A stretch of 47,280 nt of DNA from assembly GCF_018977255.1 (NCBI RefSeq), contig NW_024705409.1, positions 1 to 47,280 on the forward strand, written 5' to 3'. Position 1 is the first letter of the stretch; each line of letters begins with the position of its first letter. Of this stretch, positions 37,290 to 47,280 are shown piece after piece. A program made the position numbers and the translations under genes. Under the pieces are notes generated by a model. It saw only the letters and a program-made list of their open reading frames with translations. It had not been told where the DNA came from and did no database searches. The stretch is from Callorhinchus milii (lineage: Eukaryota).

Positions 37290-38888
37290 CAGTGAGGGAA
37301 AAAAGTATTTGATCTCCTGCTGATTTTGTACGTTTGCCCACTGACAAATAAATGATCAGTCTATAATTTTAATGGTAGGTTTATTTGAACAGTGAGAGAC
37401 AGAATAACAACAACAAAATCCAGAAAAACGCATGTAAATTTTTTTAAAATTGATTTGCATTTTAATGAGGGAAATAAGTATTTGACCCCTCTGCAAAACA
37501 TGACAGTACTTGGTGGCAAAACCCTTGTTGGCAATCACAGAGGTCAGACGTTTCTTGTAGTTGGCCACCAGGTTTGCACACATCTCAGGAGGGATTTTGT
37601 CCCACTCCTCTTTGCAGATCTTCTCCAAGTCATTAAGGTTTCGAGGCTGACGTTTGGCAACTCGAACCTTCAGCTCCCTCCATAGATTTTCTATGGGATT
37701 AAGGTCTGGAGACTGGCTAGGCCACTCCAGGACCTTAATGTGCTTCTTCTTGAGCCACTCCTTTGTTGCCTTGGCTGTGTGTTTTGGGTCATTGTCATGC
37801 TAGAATACCCATCCACGACCCATTTTCAATGCGCTGGCTGAGGGAAGGAGGTTCTCACCCAAGATTTGACGGTACATGGCCCCGTCCATCGTCCCTTTGA
37901 TGCGGTGAAGTTGTCCTGTCCCCTTATCAGAAAAACACCCCCAAAGCATAATGTTTCCACCTCCATGTTTGACGGTGGGGATGGTGTTCTTGGGGTCATA
38001 GGCAGCATTCCTCCTCCTCCAAACACGGCGAGTTGAGTTGATGCCAAAGAGCTCCATTTTGGTCTCATCTGACCACAACACTTTCACCCAGTTGTCCTCT
38101 GAATCATTCAGATGTTCATTGGCAAACTTCAGACGGGCATGTATATGTGCTTTCTTGAGCAGGGGGACCTTGCGGGCGCTACAGGATTTCAGTCCTTCAC
38201 AGCGTAGTGTGTTACCAACTGTTTTCTTGGTGACTATGGTCCCAGCTGCCTTGAGATCATTGACAAGATCCTCCCGTGTAGTTCTGGGCTGATTCCTCAC
38301 CGTTCTCATGATCATTGCAACTCCACGAGGTGACATCTTGCATGGAGCCCCAGGCCGAGGGAGTATGACAGTTCTTTTGTGTTTCTTCCATTTGCGAATA
38401 ATCACACCAATTGTTGTCACGTTCTCACCAAGCTGCTTGGCAATGGCCTTGTAGCCCATTCCAGCCTTGTGTAGGTCTACAATCTTGTCCCTGACATCCT
38501 TGGAGAGCTCTTTGGTCTTGGCCATGGTGGAGAGTTTGGAATCTAATTGATTGTTTCTGTGAACAGGTGTCTTTTATACAGGTAACAAGCTGAGATTAGG
38601 AGCACTCCCTTTAAGAGTGTGCTCCTAATCTCAGCTCGTTACCTGTATAAAAGACACCTGGGAGCCAGAAATCTTTATGATTGAGAGGGGGTCAAATACG
38701 TATTTCCCTCATTAAAATGCAATTCACTTGATAACATTTTTGACATGCGTTTTTTTGGATTTTGTTGTTGTTATTCTGTCTCTCACTGTTCAAATAAACC
38801 TACCGTTCAAATTATAGACTGATCACTTCTTTGTCAGTGGGCAAACGTACAAAATCAGCAGGGGATCAAATACTTTTTTCCCTTACTG
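37290..38888 (-). mobile_element. Tc1 copy, unit 5
   Basis: Same termini, flanks and TAG stop. Confidence 0.95.
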
Positions 38889-41486
38889 TATACTGTACTA
38901 GAGGAATCCGATGAGGTGTCAGGGTCGAGATCGAACCCGCGACTTCCTACGTACCAGGCGAGGGAGTTAACATCTCCTAGCCACCGCTGGTCACCGCACA
39001 AACTTTGCCCCCCTCACCCCACCACCCCTCCGCTCAGACTAAAGCCGAAGCCCTGGAGTACGTGTGGAGCATCTTGCAGGGCGTGGAGGAGGAGCAGCAG
39101 CAGCAGGAGGAGGAGTCCAGGGGATTTGAGCTGAGGGAGGTGCACAAGGCCAGGATGGCGATGTTCAGGCTGGAGCGCAGAGCTACCGCCTGCAAGGAGG
39201 CCCTGAGGGTGGCGCTCCAGAGGATACATGGAGGTGCGTAGCCTGCAGCGGTGATTTATATTCACATCGCAACTCCACGCTCCCTCTATTCTCACTGGAA
39301 CTCCACGCTCCCCTCTATTCTCACCGGAACTCCACACTCCCCTCTATTCTCACCAGAACTCCACACTCCCCTCTATTCCCACCAGAACTCCACACTCCCC
39401 TCTATTCTCACCAGAACTCCACACTCCCCTCTATTCCCACCAGAACTCCACCCTCCCCTCTATTCTCACCGGAACTCCACACTCTCCTCTATTCCACCAG
39501 AACTCCACACTCCCCTCTATTCTCACCGGAACTCCACACTCCCCTCTATTCCCACCGGAACTCCACACTCCCCTCTATTCTCACCGGAACTCCACACTCC
39601 CCTCTATTCCCACCAGAACTCCACACTCCCCTCTATTCTCACCAGAACTCCACACTCCCCTCTATTCCCACCGGAACTCCACACTCCCCTCTATTCCCAC
39701 CGGAACTCCACACTCCCCTCTATTCCCACCGGAACTCCACACTCCCCTCTATTCCCACCGGAACTCCACACTCCCCTCTATTCCCCACGAACTCCACACT
39801 CCCCTCTATTCTCACCGGAACTCCACACTCCCCTCTATTCCCACCGGAACTCCACACTCCCCTCTATTCTCACCGGAACTCCACACTCCCCTCTATTCCC
39901 ACCGGAACTCCACACTCCCCTCTATTCCACCAGAACTCCACACTCCCCTCTATTCTCACCGGAACTCCACACTCCCCTCTATTCCCACCGGAACTCCACA
40001 CTCCCCTCTATTCTCACCGGAACTCCACACTCCCCTCTATTCCCACCGGAACTCCACACTCCCCTCTATTCTCACCGGAACTCCACACTCCCCTCTATTC
40101 CCACCGGAACTCCACACTCCCCTCTATTCCCCGGAACTCCACACTCCCCTCTATTCTCACCAGAACTCCACACTCCCCTCTATTCCACCGGAACTCCACA
40201 CTCCCCTCTATTCTCACGGAACTCCACACTCCCCTCTATTCTCACCAGAACTCCACACTCCCCTCTATTCTCACCGGAACTCCACACTCCCCTCTATTCT
40301 CACCGGAACTCCACACTCCCCTCTATTCTCACCAGAACTCCACACTCCCCTCTATTCCACCGGAACTCCACACTCCCCTCTATTCTCACCGAAACTCCAC
40401 ACTCCCCTCTATTCCCACCAGAACTCCACACTCCCCTCTATTCCACCGGAACTCCACACTCCCCTCTATTTCCACCAGAACTCCACACTCCCCTCTATTC
40501 CACCGGAACTCCACACTCCCCTCTATCTCACCGGAACTCCACACTCCCCTCTATTCTCACCGGAACTCCACACTCCCCTCTATTCTCACCGGAACTCCAC
40601 ACTCCCCTCTATTCTCACCAGAACTCCACACTCCCCTCTATTCTCACCAGAACTCCACACTCCCCTCTATTCTCACCGGAACTCCACACTCCCCTCTATT
40701 CTCACCAGAACTCCACACTCCCCTCTATTCTCACCAGAACTCCACGCTCCCCTCTATTCTCACCGGAATTCCACACTCCCCTCTATTCCCACCAGAACTC
40801 CACACTCCCCTCTATTCTCACCAGAACTCCACACTCCCCTCTATTCTCACCGGAACTCCACACTCCCCTCTATTCTCACCAGAACTCCACACTCCCCTCT
40901 ATTCTCACCAGAACTCCACACTCCCCTCTATTCTCACCGGAACTCCACACTCCCCTCTATTCCCACCAGAACTCCACACTCCCCTCTATTCTCACCAGAA
41001 CTCCACACTCCCCTCTATTCTCACCGGAACTCCACACTCCCCTCTATTCCCACCGGTTAAATTTCGATTTAAAGCTTTCGTGACTGCTGGGTTTCATCTT
41101 CTTGGTTCTTTCGGTAAAGTCACGTAGAAGGGAAGTAATAAAATAAAAAATAAAACATAATAAAATAAAATAATTCTCACGACGTTTCGGCTGCGTGCGT
41201 GCGTGTGTTCACGTGTGTTCACGTGTGATCACGTGTGTGCGTGTGTTCACGTGTGTGCGTGTGCTCACGCAGGAGGAGGCAAGGGGGCTGCTTCACGCTG
41301 GGCCACCGTGGGAGAGTCGCACGCGAGGGCAGCTCCCAGCAAGCGCAAGGTCTCTGTGCACAGCGCACGGCACTCCTCTCGTTACAGCTGCTGCTGCTGC
41401 TGTTGTCTTTAGTTTGTTGTCCTTCCGCCGCACCTCCCATTAGCGAGGTTGGCTACGTACGGTTACAAAGAAATTCAACATACATA

Positions 41487-43083
41487 CAGTGAGGGAAAAA
41501 AGTATTTGATCTCCTGCTGATTTTGTACGTTTGCCCACTGACAAATAAATGATCAGTCTATAATTTTAATGGTAGGTTTATTTGAACAGTGAGAGACAGA
41601 ATAACAACAACAAAATCCAGAAAAACGCATGTAAATTTTTTATAAATTGATTTGCATTTTAATGAGGGAAATAAGTATTTGACCCCTCTGCAAAACATGA
41701 CAGTACTTGGTGGCAAAACCCTTGTTGGCAATCACAGAGGTCAGACGTTTCTTGTAGTTGGCCACCAGGTTTGCACACATCTCAGGAGGGATTTTGTCCC
41801 ACTCCTCTTTGCAGATCTTCTCCAAGTCATTAAGGTTTCGAGGCTGACGTTTGGCAACTCGAACCTTCAGCTCCCTCCATAGATTTTCTATGGGATTAAG
41901 GTCTGGAGACTGGCTAGGCCACTCCAGGACCTTAATGTGCTTCTTCTTGAGCCACTCCTTTGTTGCCTTGGCTGTGTGTTTTGGGTCATTGTCATGCTAG
42001 AATACCCATCCACGACCCATTTTCAATGCGCTGGCTGAGGGAAGGAGGTTCTCACCCAAGATTTGACGGTACATGGCCCCGTCCATCGTCCCTTTGATGC
42101 GGTGAAGTTGTCCTGTCCCCTTATCAGAAAAACACCCCCAAAGCATAATGTTTCCACCTCCATGTTTGACGGTGGGGATGGTGTTCTTGGGGTCATAGGC
42201 AGCATTCCTCCTCCTCCAAACACGGCGAGTTGAGTTGATGCCAAAGAGCTCCATTTTGGTCTCATCTGACCACAACACTTTCACCCAGTTGTCCTCTGAA
42301 TCATTCAGATGTTCATTGGCAAACTTCAGACGGGCATGTATATGTGCTTTCTTGAGCAGGGGACCTTGCGGGTGCTACAGGATTTCAGTCCTTCACAGCG
42401 TAGTGTGTTACCAACTGTTTTCTTGGTGACTATGGTCCCAGCTGCCTTGAGATCATTGACAAGATCCTCCCGTGTAGTTCTGGGCTGATTCCTCACCGTT
42501 CTCATGATCATTGCAACTCCACGAGGTGACATCTTGCATGGAGCCCCAGGCCGAGGGAGTATGACAGTTCTTTTGTGTTTCTTCCATTTGCGAATAATCA
42601 CACCAATTGTTGTCACGTTCTCACCAAGCTGCTTGCAATGGCCTTGTAGCCCATTCCAGCCTTGTGTAGGTCTACAATCTTGTCCCTGACATCCTTGGAG
42701 AGCTCTTTGGTCTTGGCCATGGTGGAGAGTTTGGAATCTAATTGATTGTTTCTGTGAACAGGTGTCTTTTATACAGGTAACAAGCTGAGATTAGGAGCAC
42801 TCCCTTTAAGAGTGTGCTCCTAATCTCAGCTCGTTACCTGTATAAAAGACACCTGGGAGCCAGAAATCTTTATGATTGAGAGGGGGTCAAATACGTATTT
42901 CCCTCATTAAAATGCAATTCACTTGATAACATTTTTGACATGCGTTTTTTTGGATTTTGTTGTTGTTATTCTGTCTCTCACTGTTCAAATAAACCTACCG
43001 TTCAAATTATAGACTGATCACTTCTTTGTCAGTGGGCAAACGTACAAAATCAGCAGGGGATCAAATACTTTTTTCCCTTACTG
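41487..43083 (-). mobile_element. Tc1 copy, unit 6
   Basis: Same termini, flanks and TAG stop. Confidence 0.94.
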
Positions 43084-44978
43084 TATACTGTACTAGAGGA
43101 ATCCGATGAGGTGTCAGGGTCGAGATCGAACCCGCGACTTCCTACGTACCAGGCGAGGGAGTTAACATCTCCTAGCCACCGCTGGTCACCGCACAAACTT
43201 TGCCCCCCTCACCCACCACACCCCTCCGCTCAGACTAAAGCCGAAGCCCTGGAGTACGTGTGGAGCATCTTGCAGGGCGTGGAGGAGGAGCAGCAGCAGC
43301 AGGAGGAGGAGTCCAGGGGATTTGAGCTGAGGGAGGTGCACAAGGCCAGGATGGCGATGTTCAGGCTGGAGCGCAGAGCTACCGCCTGCAAGGAGGCCCT
43401 GAGGGTGGCGCTCCAGAGGATACATGGAGGTGCGTAGCCTGCAGCGGTGATTTATATTCACATCGCAACTCCACGCTCCCCTCTATTCTCACCGGAACTC
43501 CACACTCCCCTCTATTCTCACCGGAACTCCACACTCCCCTCTATTCCACCAGAACTCCACACTCCCTCTATTCTCACCAAACTCCACACTCCCCTCTATT
43601 CCCACCAGAACTCCACACTCCCCTCTATTCTCACCGGAACTCCACACTCCCCTCTATTCCACCAGAACTCCACACTCCCCTCTATTCTCACCGGAACTCC
43701 ACACTCCCCTCTATTCTCACCAGAACTCCACACTCCCCTCTATTCTCACCGAACTCCACACTCCCCTCTATTCCCCAGAACTCCACACTCCCCTCTATTC
43801 TCACCGAACTCCACACTCCCTCTATTCTCACCGGAACTCCACACTCCCCTCTATTCTCACCGGAACTCCACACTCCCCTCTATTCCACCGGAACTCCACA
43901 CGATCCCCTCTATTCCACCGGAACTCCACACTCCCCTCTATTCTCACCAGAACTCCACACTCCCCTCTATTCTCACCGGAACTCCACACTCCCCTCTATT
44001 CTCACCGGAACTCCACACTCCCCTCTATTCTCACCGGAACTCCACACTCCCCTCTATTCCACCGGAACTCCACACTCCCCTCTATTCTCACCGAACTCCA
44101 CACTCCCCTCTATTCTCACCGGAACTCCACACTCCCCTCTATTCCACCGGAACTCCACACTCCCCTCTATTCTCACCGGAACTCCACACTCCCCTCTATT
44201 CTCACCGAACTCCACACTCCCCTCTATTCTCACCGGAACTCCACACTTCCCTCTATTCCACCGGAACTCCACACTCCCCTCTATTCTCACCGGAACTCCA
44301 CACTCCCCTCTATTCTCACCAGAACTCCACACTCCCTCTATTCTCACCGGAACTCCACACTCCCCTCTATTCTCACGGAACTCCACACTCCCCTCTATTC
44401 TCACCAGAACTCCACACTCCCCTCTATTCTCACCGGAACTCCACACTCCCCTCTATTCTCACCGGAACTCCACACTCCCCTCTATTCTCACCAGAACTCC
44501 ACACTCCCCTCTATTCTCACCGAACTCCACACTCCCTCTATCCCACCGGTTAAATTTCGATTTAAAGCTTTCGTGACTGCTGGTTTCATCTTCTTGGTTC
44601 TTTCGGTAAAGTCACGTAGAAGGGAAGTAATAAAATAATAAAAAAAAACATAATAAAATAAAATAATTCTCACGACGTTTCGGCTGCGTGCGTGCGTGTG
44701 TTCACGTGTGTTCACGTGTGATCACGTGTGTGCGTGTGTTCACGTGTGTGCGTGTGCTCACGCAGGAGGAGGCAAGGGGGCTGCTTCACGCTGGGCCACC
44801 GTGGGAGAGTCGCACGCGAGGGCAGCTCCCAGCAAGCGCAAGGTCTCTGTGCACAGCGCACGGCACTCCTCTCGTTACAGCTGCTGCTGCTGCTGTTGTC
44901 TTTAGTTTGTTGTCCTTCCGCCGCACCTCCATTAGCGAGGTTGGCTACGTACGGTTACAAAGAAATTCAACATACATA

Positions 44979-46574
44979 CAGTGAGGGAAAAAAGTATTTG
45001 ATCTCCTGCTGATTTTGTACGTTTGCCCACTGACAAATAAATGATCAGTCTATAATTTTAATGGTAGGTTTATTTGAACAGTGAGAGACAGAATAACAAC
45101 AACAAAATCCAGAAAAACGCATGTAAATTTTTTATAAATTGATTTGCATTTTAATGAGGGAAATAAGTATTTGACCCCTCTGCAAAACATGACAGTACTT
45201 GGTGGCAAAACCCTTGTTGGCAATCACAGAGGTCAGACGTTTCTTGTAGTTGGCCACCAGGTTTGCACACATCTCAGGAGGGATTTTGTCCCACTCCTCT
45301 TTGCAGATCTTCTCCAAGTCATTAAGGTTTCGAGGCTGACGTTTGGCAACTCGAACCTTCAGCTCCCTCCATAGATTTTCTATGGGATTAAGGTCTGGAG
45401 ACTGGCTAGGCCACTCCAGGACCTTAATGTGCTTCTTCTTGAGCCACTCCTTTGTTGCCTTGGCTGTGTGTTTTGGGTCATTGTCATGCTAGAATACCCA
45501 TCCACGACCCATTTTCAATGCGCTGGCTGAGGGAAGGAGGTTCTCACCCAAGATTTGACGGTACATGGCCCCGTCCATCGTCCCTTTGATGCGGTGAAGT
45601 TGTCCTGTCCCCTTATCAGAAAAACACCCCCAAAGCATAATGTTTCCACCTCCATGTTTGACGGTGGGGATGGTGTTCTTGGGGTCATAGGCAGCATTCC
45701 TCCTCCTCCAAACACGGCGAGTTGAGTTGATGCCAAAGAGCTCCATTTTGGTCTCATCTGACACAACACTTTCACCCAGTTGTCCTCTGAATCATTCAGA
45801 TGTTCATTGGCAAACTTCAGACGGGCATGTATATGTGCTTTCTTGAGCAGGGGGACCTTGCGGGTGCTACAGGATTTCAGTCCTTCACAGCGTAGTGTGT
45901 TACCAACTGTTTTCTTGGTGACTATGGTCCCAGCTGCCTTGAGATCATTGACAAGATCCTCCCGTGTAGTTCTGGGCTGATTCCTCACCGTTCTCATGAT
46001 CATTGCAACTCCACGAGGTGACATCTTGCATGGAGCCCCAGGCCGAGGGAGTATGACAGTTCTTTTGTGTTTCTTCCATTTGCGAATAATCACACCAATT
46101 GTTGTCACGTTCTCACCAAGCTGCTTGGCAATGGCCTTGTAGCCCATTCCAGCCTTGTGTAGGTCTACAATCTTGTCCCTGACATCCTTGGAGAGCTCTT
46201 TGGTCTTGGCCATGGTGGAGAGTTTGGAATCTAATTGATTGTTTCTGTGAACAGGTGTCTTTTATACAGGTAACAAGCTGAGATTAGGAGCACTCCCTTT
46301 AAGAGTGTGCTCCTAATCTCAGCTCGTTACCTGTATAAAAGACACCTGGGAGCCAGAAATCTTTATGATTGAGAGGGGTCAAATACGTATTTCCCTCATT
46401 AAAATGCAATTCACTTGATAACATTTTTGACATGCGTTTTTTTGGATTTTGTTGTTGTTATTCTGTCTCTCACTGTTCAAATAAACCTACCGTTCAAATT
46501 ATAGACTGATCACTTCTTTGTCAGTGGGCAAACGTACAAAATCAGCAGGGGATCAAATACTTTTTCCCTTACTG
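44979..46574 (-). mobile_element. Tc1 copy, unit 7
   Basis: Same termini, flanks and TAG stop. Confidence 0.94.
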
Positions 46575-47280
46575 TATACTGTACTAGAGGAATCCGATGA
46601 GGTGTCAGGGTCGAGATCGAACCCGCGACTTCCTACGTACCAGGCGAGGGAGTTAACATCTCCTAGCCACCGCTGGTCACCGCACAAACTTTGCCCCCTC
46701 ACCCCACCACCCCTCCGCTCAGACTAAAGCCGAAGCCCTGGAGTACGTGTGGAGCATCTTGCAGGGCGTGGAGGAGGAGCAGCAGCAGCAGGAGGAGGAG
46801 TCCAGGGGATTTGAGCTGAGGGAGGTGCACAAGGCCAGGATGGCGATGTTCAGGCTGGAGCGCAGAGCTACCGCCTGCAAGGAGGCCCTGAGGGTGGCGC
46901 TCCAGAGGATACATGGAGGTGCGTAGCCTGCAGCGGTGATTTATATTCACATCGCAACTCCACGCTCCCTCTATTCTCACTGGAACTCCACGCTCCCCTC
47001 TATTCTCACCGGAACTCCACACTCCCCTCTATTCTCACCAGAACTCCACACTCCCCTCTATTCCCACCAGAACTCCACACTCCCTCTATTCTCACCAGAA
47101 CTCCACACTCCCCTCTATTCCCACCAGAACTCCACCCCCCCTCTATTCTCACCGGAACTCCACACTCTCCTCTATTCCACCAGAACTCCAGCTCCCCTCT
47201 ATTCTCACCGGAACTCCACACTCCCCTCTATTCCACGGAACTCCACACTCCCTCTATTCTCACCGGAACTCCACACTCTC

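Larger units (their letters stand above)
21557..47280 (+). repeat. Tandem macrosatellite/segmental array, at least 7 units starting at ~21557, 25675, 29755, 32464, 36854, 41054, 44547
   Basis: Identical order in each unit: Penelope fragment, CACGTG tract, candidate exon A, Tc1, SINE head, exon B, 29-bp minisatellite. Unit length differences come from minisatellite length. Confidence 0.97.

Overview
Eukaryotic, repeat-rich vertebrate DNA, probably lamprey or fish (inferred from a V-SINE family, a Passport-like Tc1 and GC-rich exons). It has three parts. (1) 1-15717: the 3' six exons of a PRDM9-like gene on +, encoding an SSXRD motif, zinc knuckle, PR/SET domain with all three catalytic tyrosines, post-SET finger and an 84-bp minisatellite-type C2H2 array. 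The exons splice into one uninterrupted 596-aa frame; no KRAB exon is seen in the window. The introns carry several minisatellites, MITEs and SINEs. (2) 15718-15747 is a 30-N gap, followed by about 5.7 kb (15748 to ~21455) that looks statistically random. I could support no feature there and suspect it is non-native or artefactual. (3) 21557-47280: a head-to-tail array of at least 7 units of 2.7-4.4 kb. Each unit is Penelope pLTR fragment + candidate 77-bp exon + dead Tc1 (DD34E) + a paralogous copy of the PRDM9 upstream exon + 29-bp minisatellite. The two candidate exons form a phase 1-1 module (273 nt, 91 aa) that could be spliced repeatedly in frame. The long P/H/S/T-rich ORFs in the track are minisatellite read-through, not genes.
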